Assembly: GCF_006345805.1 (NCBI RefSeq)
Contig: NC_043002.1
Coordinates: 1,922,001-1,986,000, forward strand
Length of the DNA: 64,000 bases
Source of the DNA: Octopus sinensis
Taxonomy: Eukaryota
Direction: 5' to 3'
The notes beneath the pieces were generated by a model. That model was not told the origin of the DNA. It did not search any database and was given only the letters and a program-made list of their open reading frames with translations. Positions 35,723 to 52,100 of this stretch are shown piece after piece. Both the position numbers and the translations under genes were made by a program. Each line of letters begins with the position of its first letter. Within the stretch, counting starts at the first letter, position 1.

Positions 35723-38249
35723 TTATATTTCATAAACAAACACTTATTGAGTGAAACAAAGAATAAAGGTGTTCAAAACACTTCAGCTCAAAACACTGTC
35801 AATATTGAATTTCATTTACATATTCATAAATTTGGTGGGGTTTATCTCTCATTAAATATATCGAAGCCGTTTTAGAAATGTTAGCTCTGTATATTGTTTT
35901 TTTTTTTAATCAATAGTGTATAACTGAAATAAGGTGTGAGAGTTTAGAGAAAGACATTATATAATCATTTGTAAACCATAACATTTCAAAGAGGAAAAGG
36001 AAAGACAAGCAATAAACGCCAGGAAAAAGAAGAAAAGAGATAATAAAAAGAATGTGTGTGGCGGGGGGGGGGATGAAAACCATCGACAGAAAGTTAAAAG
36101 GGAAAAAAAAAATCAATATTGAAAAATACTCCTTTATTTTGCTTTTAATATAAATTAATACCCGCCAAAAATGCTTTCATCCAGAGACTGATAGCATTCT
36201 GTTTAGTTCCCGCTATACTTGTTCGTGATTAACGTTATGGATTTGCTTGCATTTTGTGTCGCTATTTCTTTTAATATGGATGATGTTGCTCCCATTATTT
36301 AATCCTTTTGTCGTACAGATGACTAAGTAATATGTTACACCTCAAATCTACATAAAATACGTTGCCTGCCATAGAAAACTTACGTACAAACAAAATGAGG
36401 CTAAACCGTGCGGAAACAAACTATTTTCAAGGGAGACAATCGATAATTTCTACTGAATCGAAGATGAGAAATTTATTTAAACTCTAACAACTCAAAATCT
36501 TTCTCTTCTATTAAAATATTCTCAACATTCCTGGTCTTTGGTTTTGGTTCTCGCCACTTAGACGCATGCGCGCGTGTGTGTGTGTGTGTTCGTGTATATG
36601 TATGTGTAGATAATTCGTGAACGGAGAAGAGTGGACGATGTGGTCACGGAGAAAGGAAAGTGCAAGTTCTGCTGGGTAGACGTGTTGCAGGTGAACCCAT
36701 GGATTTGCTGAGTGATATGCAAGAGATCGGAGAAGGCCCCTTGGAAGGCGATCCAAATAAAACAATTTGGGTCAAGATGGGAAAGAATGACATGATGAAA
36801 AAAAATTGGAAGCGCATTGTGATCAGCGGTGCAAAACAACTTCTGAAGGTCTGATCAATACGGTGATAAATGTATAAATCTGAAAAGCGGGATTTAATGG
36901 ATTAAACATTAATCACTGTGAATAATCCGCAGAAATTTTGGCTTTCAAAAAGACAGTTATTCAGTTAGCAGTGTGAAAATCTAGAATCCCAATGGTGGCG
37001 TATTGAGGGATGGAAGATTTAATTATTCTCTTTATTATTTGAAACATAAGTTTATGACTTGTCATGTGATTAAAACAACCAATGGAATAATATAGTTTCT
37101 TCTCCTATCTTCTTCTAGATTCTCCTCTTCCTCCTCCTCCTCCTCCTCCTCCTCCTCCTCCCCCACTTTTTCATCTTTTCTCCTTCATTGTCTTGTTCTT
37201 CGTCTTCATAATTCTCTCCCCTTGTGATCTTCTGCAATACGCTGTAATCAAAATCCAACGCTTTTTTTCCTTAGCAGAAGGAAAAGAGTTTCGTCTTGTA
37301 CAACATGCTGAGGATCTAAAGAGTTTTATGTATATCTTTTATCTTCGGAACTTTTCTTTGACTTCAATGGATGAATAGTCTCGCAGAGGGTTTTATGACT
37401 TCACAAGACAGCAAAACATTTGATCTTCTAATGTGTCACTGCAACAAACAAGAAACATTTCTTATTTGTTACATTTACGCTAATCTGGTGTTTCATATAC
37501 AGTTTTATTTTGTATTTCTCATAAGGGATGAAGGAAAAATGGTGAATCAAATATTCTAGATAGACTCCATTCGTTTCGTATCGACTGTGAATGCTCAACT
37601 CCAAAACATAAAGAAAAACGAGAAACCACAAACAACTTAATCAATTTGACTTTCACTGCAAACCTGATAAAATTACTTTTCCAACCGGCTTTTATTCTTC
37701 TCGTCGTAGATGAGGCAAATCTAGCTTTGACTTATTTTCGCTATTTTATTCGCCATCCGTGTATATATGAAGCAGGAATTTCAAGAAAGCGCAATCTACG
37801 GTTGCATTTTATCAAGGAAATAATATATTTGAAACATTATCACAATAGGATTTGGAATGTCACCACAAAGATCTTACGCTGATAAAGCGGCAGCAGTAAT
37901 GCATTAAATTGAAGTTCTGAAAATTTCTTCCTAAGCAAATTATGACAGAAAGGATAGAATAAATAATTTGCTAGTTCTTGGAAAGAAAGCAAATATTATG
38001 CCGCAAAGCTGTCGAAACCAAAGAAAATACTATTAAAATGCTGTAGTTTGCAAAGTAAATTAGTGGAATATATGTGAAAGCTGATTTCATTCCTCTGGCA
38101 AACGGTTACTTCATTTTATGAGCAGATGAAAGAAATTGCACGCACCTTCACACAGAAACAGTTTTATAAATATTTAAACGCAACTGAAATCTATTCGGAA
38201 GCAACGTTTAAAAGAGTAAATATTCCAGTTACGTTATATTATTTTGAAT

Positions 38250-38267
38250 ATAACACATCGTCATCAC

Positions 38268-38305
<38 letters not shown>

Positions 38306-38315
38306 CCGTCACCAT

Positions 38316-38366
<51 letters not shown>

Positions 38367-38370
38367 TATT

Positions 38371-38406
<36 letters not shown>

Positions 38407-38500
38407 TTCATCATCATCATCAACATCATCATCATCATAATCATCGTCATCATCACAGTCATCGCCCATATCATCATTATCAATATTGTCACTATCTTCA
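38250..38500. repeat. (CAT)n microsatellite, degenerate
   Basis: Read directly; produces the poly-H, poly-D and poly-M ORFs. Confidence 0.95.
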
Positions 38501-38575
38501 AAAACAACTATAACCATTATTCACATTTCAATACCAAAATTCGGTCAAAGTTAAGGGTTCACCCGAGTAAAAACA

Positions 38576-41018
38576 GAAAACAAAATAGTGTAACAGGTTT
38601 AAAACAACTTGCTCTAAACGAATATGAAAGAAAAAATGCGCGCTCACGACCGGGGGTTGAGGGAGAGGACTCGGAAAATTCACATCGTCAGACGTTGACC
38701 TTTAAACTCCAGTGTTTGACCCGAGCAAGAAATAGTGTAATAGGTATAAAATAACATGTAGTAAACGAATATGAAAATATGCGCGCTGGCGAACGGTGGG
38801 GGAGAGGACTCGGAAGATTCACATCGTGAATGTTCCAAGCATTTTCTGAACATTAATGACATTAAAATTTGATGGAGCTTCTGTTTCAAAGGCATCCTTG
38901 AAGCTGCGTACGCAGCTGCTTTTGTGATGCAAAAGGTTTTGAAGTTGCATTATCAGGGGAAAGTTAGCGCCAGTGGAAATGGAGCTTCGTCCGTTGGCTT
39001 GTTCATGTAAATTGCCTACAAAATACAGTTGAAGGATATGAGGATCTTGATTTTCAGCAGGTTCAAGTGATCCTATCCTTTGGTAAATCTGTCCCGGCAC
39101 TTTGAAAGTAGGCATAAACCCGCCTTCTTGAAAGCGCCGAAAGTTGTCATTTGGAATGCACAATTGTACTTCCGGATGTTATTGAGGAAATGTTTCGACT
39201 CTGTAGTTGTGCCAGTGTAGAGTGACTTCAACAGCTGTGGTGGATCCTGCAGCGGAGTGGGGTTAACTTTTCCATTAGTGCAACACATAGCAGAAGTTTC
39301 TCTTGACTACTTCTTAGCGTTGCAGAAAGAGCAAGTGATGGACATATCTCCAATGTTCATGTCTGGCTGGCAATCATAATGAAGTTTAGGGTTGTAGTCG
39401 AAGGCCTTTAATGACCATTGGGAGCTGCTTGGCGTTGAAAATCCTCGTCTATTAGCTCTTCGTTCAACGGAAGTCTGCAGCATAGTATATCTCTGTTGTA
39501 AGGTGTGGGAAGCTCGCGCTGTAGCCATGTTGGCAGCATTCCTGACCAGGCGTGTAGTGCGTTGGTTTTTGTCCTTTGCAACTCGTGCAGCAGTCGTCGA
39601 ACTTCACGCTGGTGTTCAGTCTCTACAAGTCGTGCAGCAGCAGCTGATGCAGCATTAGCAATTCGTCGAAGTTTACGCCGGACATCTGTTTGGAATGCTC
39701 TTGAAGTGGCTTTTACGTTCAGCTTTTTGTGATCGTCCAATGTCAGTTTCCACTGACGATTCATTTGCCCTTCTTGCTGATGATCTTGCAGCTTTCGCAG
39801 TTTTTCGCCCAATTGAAGAACTCTTCCTTCGGGACATGATCTAAAATAAGCCTGATGAAATGCAGTGAGATACACTGTTAAGTATTAAATATTAATTGAA
39901 GGGTTAGTATGTAACTGTAGATAAGTTGCAAACTTGCAGCTGCTACGGTAATAAAGAACTGGTAGTAGAAAGGTAAATGTGTAAAATAAAATGATGTCAG
40001 TGTTATGAGATTATAATGAAAATGGAAACAGTTGATAAAGGCAAAGCGAGTGGAATGGTAAAAGCAACGGAGAAAGTGGTTATGAATTGCGTTGGGAATG
40101 TTGTGGTTTGTGTGGACATGAATTTCGTCCATTGTTTGTTAATGCATGGCTGCTCTGTGGCATAGACTGGATGGGGAAAGGGTTAATGAAAGAGCATTGG
40201 ATGAATTGCTCAGGTTTGTTTAGTGGTGATCGTGGGGCAGAAGCTGCCGTTGATGCTGCATGTGTGTGTAGGAATGGTTATAGGTAAGCTGGTAGGTCTG
40301 CAGGCCCGCATTAAGGAAGAAGTAAAAAAAAATTGGTAAATTTTAATGCTTGATAGCAACGCGTGCGAGAAATAGCAATGAAATGTTTCATATTTCCTTA
40401 TTGAAACCCGTGCGGTTGCATTCATGGAAATTGATGTAATTTACAAATGAAAGAAGTTACGTACCGAATTCAGCAAAATGAATGAATGCGCTTTAGTTGA
40501 TCAGTATTGCTTTAATTTGAGCAATGTCATGAAAGAGAAGACGAGAGAAATGGTAAGTGGAAAGGAGACAGGGATTATGAATTGCGTTCCGAATGTTGTT
40601 TGCCTGGACATGAATTTTGTCGTATTTATAAGAAAGCAGACAGCTAGAAGGATGAAGAACGATATCAGTGATGCTATAGCGGTGTTTCAACTTTCCGTAC
40701 GCTAGAAAGGTTAGAGGTGAAGTAGATGACAATATATTTCACTTGACAGGATAGCATGTGGTTAATGTCTGTTACCATTTTCCATTGCCCCGTCGCGAGA
40801 AGTAAGATTATCTCACATTTCAATAGAGAGATGTTATTGTCTTACTTTTGACGCGTAATACTGAAATAGTGTAAGTGATAAAAGGTTGCTCTGGGCTCGC
40901 ATTAGGCAAGAAGTTGAAATTTTTGTACTTATGACACTACATGGACCCTAAGTAAGGCATGTGTAGAATTTGAATGAAATCGGTTGTGTATTTCTCAAGT
41001 TTTAGGGATTCGCACAGA

Positions 41019-41064
<46 letters not shown>

Positions 41065-41110
41065 TGCATGCACCCACATACACACATTCTCATCTTTATG
41101 TATATAGAGA
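38576..41110 (-). mobile_element. Helitron relic with RepHel N-terminal fragments
   Basis: 5' end A|TCTCTATATA at 41110. Minus-strand AFDYNP..IGDMSITCSFCNAKK, CCTNGKV..LQDPPQLLKSL..SKHFLNNIRKYNCAFQMTTFGA and GFMPTFKVPGQIYQRIGSL..LQLYF (about 38850-39880). Internal ~110-bp (38576/38725) and ~80-bp (40060/40545) direct repeats. No 3' hairpin-CTAG found. Confidence 0.85.
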
Positions 41111-42124
41111 TTCTTAAACAAAAATTTAAGAATTTTATTATGTTGTAAGCATAAATATTTAGCAACTTTAAAATTTTTTAGACTTTAAAACTAATTTTTA
41201 AAAACTTTTTAAACTTTAAGACTTTTTGAAAATACGATCTGGATTAGATCCGATGAATACTTATATACAAATCTGTAATCTTAAATTATTTCTTTGTTAT
41301 AGTAGTATGGATAAAAAAAATATATCAGTACAAAATCGAATATTCCCATAAGCTATTATTTGCATGATTAAGTAAAAACTCACCTGTCAATCCTTTTAAT
41401 TCCTTTTTTAATCCTGGTAATCCTCTGCTTTGGGCCGAAGCGGAAAAACTGAAGTCTTTACCAACTGAACTGTCACCATGTAATCCCTGACTGGATTTTA
41501 GCTGGGGAAAGGAACCCCGAAGAAGGAAATGTTTTTATACAGTGAGCTGAATTTGGACTATTTCCTACAACCCGTTAAAACTTTTGTGAAACGTTCGCAG
41601 GTTTGGACTAATACTTTCAAACGCCTGTTTTACTTTAGTTCCTAGATTGATGATACCCCTTATATATTTTAGGTTTGTATGTTTACGTTGTTATATTTCA
41701 TTGTTATGTTTATATTTCTATATTCTTAACCCAAAACTCTTAATATAAATATGTGGATATTGGGTTGGAATAATACCTCTAGTGCTACATGTGAATTCTG
41801 AATTTGCTTGTGCAAATGATTTAACAGAAATATCTGCAATTTTTATCGTATACCAAATTTTATTAATCTTTAGCTCATATAGGGGCGAAAAAACAGTTGT
41901 GCTATATAGGGGAGCTTTACCTCCATTAACATTCTCGCATTATACATACATTCATACACATACCAAGTTTTATTCTAGTAAGTTTCAAGTTTATAACACG
42001 TTAATATCTCATCTTTTCTCATTTTTTATGCCTAAGACATTTATTTCATTTTGTATTCTGGTTTTTGTATATCTCTTTATTTTAATACTTTATATCACTT
42101 TTTACTCTTTTACTTGTTTCAGTT

Positions 42125-42275
42125 ATTTGACTGTGGTCATGCTGTAGCACCGCCTTTAGCCGAATTTATTCTTTGTAAGCCTAGTACTTATTCTATCGGT
42201 CTTTTTTGCCGAACCGCTAAGTTATGGTGATCTAAACACAACAGCATCGGTTGTCAAGCGATGTTGGGGGGACGC
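42125..42275 (-). mobile_element. SINE family B, 3' part
   Basis: ctgtggtcatgctgtagcaccgcctttag...ctagtacttattctatcggtcttttttgccgaaccgctaag. Confidence 0.75.
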
Positions 42276-42494
42276 CAGTCCATCGCAGCGTTACTCAAGA
42301 AACAGGAAGAAAGAATGAGAGAAAGTTGAGACGAAAGAGTACAACAGGGGTCGCTACCAACTCCTGCCAGAACCTCGTGGAGCTTTAGGTGTTTTCGCTC
42401 AATAAACACACACAACGCCCGGTCTGGGAATCGAAACCGTGATCCTCCGACCGCGAGTCCGCTGCCCTAACCACTGGGCCATTGCGCCTCCACA
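42276..42494 (-). mobile_element. tRNA-derived SINE family C with intact Pol III boxes
   Basis: A box TGGCCCAGTGG (42471-42481) and B box GTTTCGATTCC (42427-42437). The tRNA-like head continues into non-tRNA sequence with no acceptor stem. Confidence 0.85.
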
Positions 42495-42640
42495 AGGTGT
42501 ATTAGCTAATCGTTTTAAAAATTTGAATAAATATAAATCGTACTGACACAATAATCGATGTACAAATATTTTAGAACCTTGACAGTTTTTAATAAGCGGC
42601 AAAGAAATGATGAGAAACTTGAATTTTGGCGTGTATATAC

Positions 42641-43275
42641 GTACAACTGATATTCGTCTTCAAAATGCAAACGGTTGAACGCAGGCTGTTCGAGCTATAC
42701 TTGACAGTTTGCATAAAAGGAAAAGAAAAACAAAATCCCATTGAAAAATAAAAGTACTTTTAGAAACCAAAAACTTTCGACTGGATGACGGCTGCGAGAT
42801 AACAGTTCACTCAACGTAGCTGCGCTCAACTTCCATTGTTGCCTGGAAACTGTTCCGGAACCTGGCACAAGCGTTCTGCATCGTGGCCTAGGAGAGATAT
42901 TCAAATATCCTCTTGATTTTGGCCACCAGTTCGGCCTTAGTTTTGGGAAAGAATGGTTGGTGTCTTTCTCAACGGCTCCCCACGCATAGTAATCCACAAA
43001 ATTACAATAGGGGAAATTAGAAGACCAGAAATTAAGGCCAGAAATTAAGGCCAGTAAGGTGGTAGGAATTCTCTGACAACGGCTTCTGACTCTTTCTAGA
43101 AGTATGGCAAGGAACCTAATCGTGCTTCCACGCATATGGCCTTCCAGCAGCAACCTTCTCTAGCTATGGATTGATTACCTTCTCCAGCAGATTCACATAA
43201 ACGTCTGAACTGAGCCTAAAACCAGGCTCGAAGGAGTGGCGATGGATTCCGGCGTGTGAAGTTAGTCTGAACGTT
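42641..43275 (-). mobile_element. Tc1/maT-like transposase 3' relic
   Basis: VYVNLLEKVI..GRPYAW.HD.VPCHTSRKSQ..LSEN..WSSNFPYCNFVDYYAWGAVEKDTN..TKAEL.AKI..NACARFR resembles the QD.AP.H and WP..SPD.NPLDY motifs; 13-bp tandem duplication agaaattaaggcc. Confidence 0.75.
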
Positions 43276-44498
43276 TGCCGTGTCCCTATTTTTTTACCAC
43301 GGCTTCGTAGTCTCCGCTGCAGCTGTCCACCTCATGTCTTATAGCCTTTACAGTGTTCACAGAGCATTGAGCAGTAGTCATCATTTTGATACATCATCCT
43401 GATACGGGTAACTCTTTTCCAATATTCAGATGGTTTGCAGCTCAGCGTGCCAGCTACCCTTTTCTCAGCTACAACATTCATCTTTATGCTCTCCCATGAC
43501 GTTAACAATTCACTAATGCTTCAAGCTGTTCCAGAGAAAAGAAGACCAAAAGTCACCAAAAGTAGCCCGAATATTCTGTATGGAATCTAACGTTGAGAAC
43601 AATAACAAACATATTTCCTTAGCATTTTCAACCAAAAGCGAAACTCCGTTGATGCCCTCATTCATTCTCCTATTATACACGGCTTGTGTTAGTGAATATA
43701 TTTATTAATATTAACTATTTTAGCGAAACAATGATAGATTCTGGAGGCTGTTTCATATCAAATTTTACCGCTATGCGAGATAGCACATTAGTCGAAATAA
43801 AATATTCGTATCAAACGCGAAACTACAGCAATGGCGGTACTACTCTACGTTATCAATGTTATCAACACGTCTCGCCATTCAGCTGAAATATGATGCCTCT
43901 GCCATTTATTTATGTGGAATACGTAATAAGTTTCAACATCATAATCACTAAAATACTTTCCATTTTTGAAACAGTAACGCATTAAATCTACGTAGGCAAC
44001 GAAAATATCAATGAAAACTTACAATCGTCAGATTATAACACGAGTTATAATCGGAATTCCTAAATAAAAGCAATCCGATTATATAACAGCATTATCTCTT
44101 CCTGAATTTCTAATACTAAATTCATATGTATTTTAGTTGGAGTCACTTTCATATGAGTAATTAGCGAGCAGACAGCTAAATATATGTGAGTGTATATGTG
44201 TGTGTGTGCGTGTGTGTATAAATACAAGTGCACATATACATACGCACACTCACCTGCAGATACACACACAAAACACATACATACACACGTATACACATAC
44301 ATACAAACATGGATCTCTTCTGATGACCCCATAAACTTGCTAGCATCCGGTCTGAGGAGCGTTCGACTGCTCGCACTAGCTCCTCTAAGTTGTTTTGCAA
44401 AAGAAAAAATATATAGGTACGCACACACACGCACACATACATGTATATATATATGTATGTATAGACACACACGCACGCACATACACATACACACACAA

Positions 44499-44529
<31 letters not shown>

Positions 44530-44800
44530 TGTATGTATGTGTATGTATGTATGTATGTATGTATGTATGAGAAATGTTTTTAGAAAGCATAAACTCCTTC
44601 CCGTATTGTATATGCTTGTTTCGTTGACCATATTTTCAAAGACGCTTGTCATGGGTTAACCCACATACAGGAAATTATTTTTGCAGTCTTGATGACTTCT
44701 TCCGCTTTAGTTTCAGATTTACAGTTTTAGAAAGTATCTTTTGTTACCATTTTAGGTGTTCATTTACTTGCTTTATTTTGTATATACACGTTACTATACC

Positions 44801-44869
<69 letters not shown>

Positions 44870-44945
44870 ATATTGGCAGGGCTTACTGCTAGGGAATTTA
44901 AATTGATATTAAAATTAATATTAATTTGTCTCCCTCATTATTTAA

Positions 44946-44987
<42 letters not shown>

Positions 44988-44994
44988 ATATATA

Positions 44995-48702
<3,708 letters not shown>

Positions 48703-49130
48703 GTAGTAACAGAAAAGAGGAATTTCGGTTGTCCCCGCGTGGTGTATTGTAATGTATATAAGAAAATAAAAACGGAAAATACGCACACTTACATGGTTAT
48801 AGTATAATTTTTTATGTATCGACCGGTTTCGCAATCGCTATTCATGATACAATGTTTAATTTACATGAAAATATATTTTTTCTTAAGAAGAGACTGAGTC
48901 CATGTTGTTTGTAATGAAATTCACGAGTGAATGATTTTACAAGTTGACAATTAAAGGGAGGTAATTGGTTGTTATTATTGTTATTGTTGTGTGTAAGGGG
49001 GATAACTGTTTAGGTTTTGGGTTGGGAATGAATATGTGTACAGAAAGGAGACAGGTTTAAAAAAAGGGGGCCTTGTTTAGTAGGGGATTTATGTACAGTG
49101 ATGTAATATGTAAAAATATAAATATTTTTC
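48703..49130 (-). mobile_element. PLE 3'-terminal fragment between (TA)n tracts
   Basis: No ORF. It carries a minimal hammerhead with the ACCGGT palindrome and an AT-rich tail like the young PLE. Confidence 0.5.
48815..48851 (-). ncRNA. Minimal type I hammerhead motif, A3:U8 core
   Basis: Minus strand: tgtatc ATGAATA GC gatt GC GAAA CCGG TC gataca. Stem I 6 bp perfect, palindrome ACCGGT, triplet GUC. Confidence 0.7.
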
Positions 49131-49138
49131 TTATATAC

Positions 49139-49175
<37 letters not shown>

Positions 49176-52100
49176 TTCATATACGCACTCGGAATTTATT
49201 TCTTTGCGGTTTATGAAAATGTTTTTAGTAATACTTTAAAATAGTTAGTTATCACACCTTGTGTTCTAGCAATGGTAAGTATTTGCAAGAATCGGTGTAG
49301 AAGTTTTGTCTTAAATTTTCTTGAATCAATGTGGTTATACTGATTAGAATGTGTATTCATTGTTCGACGCTTTTCGTGACAATAGTAAAATGTCTTTTTA
49401 CTGGTTGGAAAAAGTAAAAGCATCATTGTATTTCAGCGATGAACGTATTGTGACATGTCAGGCAGCGAATGTAATTCTAGTGACAATCTATTATACTACG
49501 TTAAAATGTTGCACTCTTGAACTTTCGCAGAAATCAGTCAGTGAATTTAACCCCAATTTTCTGTTTAGGTTGGCATCGCTGATTGAAAGTTAGAGGTGAT
49601 AATCTATTCAATCTTCAACTTTTATGGAGGTTTTGCAAAAGAATCAAGTAAATCTAATTTATTAATATTGGAACGACGAAGTAAATTTCCTCACTTCACC
49701 TCAGTTGCCTGGATCAGATACGAAACCTACGTCATTTAATCATAATGGAAAGTAAGCTAAGTAGTCAAAAATTACACTTGTACTGGGATTGTTTCAAATT
49801 AAGCGAATTATATAATCAGTTTGAAATGTTATCACAAGAACAAAATACGGAGTAGAACACTGATAAAAATAGCGAATACGAGTATTATTGATGTTGTGTT
49901 GAGATGTGAGTTTTGACCAATGTCACTGCTCAGAATCACTGATTTTGTGTTATGTTAATGATCAAGAAAGATTTCTTAAATCATTAAATCAATATATCAA
50001 GCCACGAATTGCTAAATTATTGAGTATAATGTTCTCCAGAGTAATTCACAAGTATTTCGTTCGTCAAATGGAAACTGGAACTCATCTAAAAGAAGTTACG
50101 ATAAATGAAAGTATATCAAGGATTTTAGCTGCCGTCGCCCGACATCTAGTCGAACGCAAAACGTATAAAGTAGGAGAGAAAGTGTTTGAAATAGACAGAA
50201 ATACTACACACGCTGCAGACGGAAAATGAATGTTTTAGTTCGAGAAAATAATAAAATACTTAAGACTGGTATAAGTTAGAATAACAAAATGTTGTTATCT
50301 TAATATGTGTAGATGTAACGAAAATCCTCCAAGACTAATCAAAATGTTAATGACGTGAAATATCACAAATAGATGCAACCGATCGACCATCTGTTACCTG
50401 TAATATTTTGGCAGATCCATTTGTAATATTTAATGTAGGATGTGTGCAATAGATCTCAAAGTGTCAAAAAGGATTGTGATCTGGCGTGCCTCACGTCTAC
50501 TCAAATATTGTGGGGGTGCGTGTGTGTGTGTGTGTGTATGGGCACAGCCCAATGTTTTTACCGCGAATCATTATCCCTTCTCTTCGCTGCGTACCTTTAC
50601 GAAGGCCTGGAATACTCCTCCCGATTTTATCAAGTAAACACTTGGCAAAGCTGCAACTACGTTCTAACGCCTAAAGGCTAAATGGCCTTACTCAACCGAG
50701 ATGTCAAACACCACTTCTATACCTCCACAGACGTGGACGATGGTGACCTATACCTGTGGGAGATAGGAGAAGACCGGCAGAATCTATAGCACTGCGGATA
50801 CTTTTCACAAACATTTCCCTTGAACCATAAGAATTTCTTGAGGTTAGTACATCTGAAATGAAAAGGGTCAAAGTAAGTTAACCATGAAATGCCATCATCG
50901 TGACGCAGCCGAATATATTCCATGATGCGTTCGAATCTCAATGAAAAAAATACAATTAGCTCATCTTTCAATCCCTCGGAAGGAGAGTTCAGGAGGCAAG
51001 GCAAACCTGTCAAAATCTGGTTGAGGATTGTGTAACCGGGCTGGGTAAAGATCTCGTGTTTTCGGATGTGCCATGTGTATTAGGGGCCGGGATTTCAGAT
51101 GAAACCTATCATTTAATTATTCTTCAAATTCGGACTTAAATGCTCTTCAAGCAGAATATAATTTCTGTTTGTTGAATTCAGGTGTTTAGCAGGTGTTTAC
51201 GGTGAATTCTGTTGAGCTCTTTTTAGTATGAATAATTTAACGTGGGCCCCGACACGTTATATTCATTTTTGGGGTCTTCTAACCCAATGGGTTTCCCATT
51301 GACGCAAACGGATATTATAGCAGTAGCACAGATATGCTAGGTGCTGTACTAAAGAATTAGCTCGAAGCTCTACAGTTTCATCGGCTTCTGGTGCCTAAAG
51401 CAAGGGAGGTAACGGGCATCCCAACGTCCCGTCTATTCTTGAACTAACGACAGTGAATTCCCGGGAATCATTTGTGACATGTAGTTCTTGCTGCCTCTGT
51501 CACCCTTCATTTTCTTTCCTTCTCTACTCTTCTTCCCCTTCTAGATAAAACCCTCATGCATTTCCGGCTTTCACACATGTCGCTAATGGATTTTATGCCC
51601 TACACCATCCGTTTGATTTACACTTTAAGCCAACACCATAAATTGTCCACAACTGCAGGGCAGCTTTATACTCTCCGGACATGACTTCAACGTGCAAGAT
51701 CACACAGACCTCTATTTGTTTAACTGATATTGTCAAGACTTCTAAAAGTTTTTGCATTTGATTGTTTTAATTCTCCATATCTGAACGAATTTGTTTTACT
51801 TCCAATTTACGCCATACCATCTGTTACATGACATGATTTCAAGGAGAAAGAATTTCTTCTTTTATGCATCGTTTATTTTCATACGAAATGGAATTGGTAC
51901 ATGGCTTTCCCTTAAGGGAGAATTTGATGCGGAGAAATTGATGGATCGTTTTTACTTATAGTCCATTCATCTGGGTCATTTTATTTATAGGACAATTTGT
52001 TCTTATGGTTCCCTGACATGTGATACATTAACGATAGCAACCTTAGGCTTGTAAACTGTCCCGATTGTATTAATATGTTTTTGTTTACGCAAGAATTATA

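Noticed and set aside
38229-38517. Poly-His, poly-Asp and poly-Met ORFs
   Set aside because: (CAT)n repeat artefacts; no splice or coding context.
42420-42494. tRNA gene
   Set aside because: Has A and B boxes but no acceptor stem, and continues into a SINE body.
49270-49274. 5-nt microexon ttctag|CAATG|gtaagt
   Set aside because: Cannot be distinguished from chance without reads.
50700-51700. Faint LINE C-terminal similarity
   Set aside because: Too degraded to assign strand, family or boundaries.
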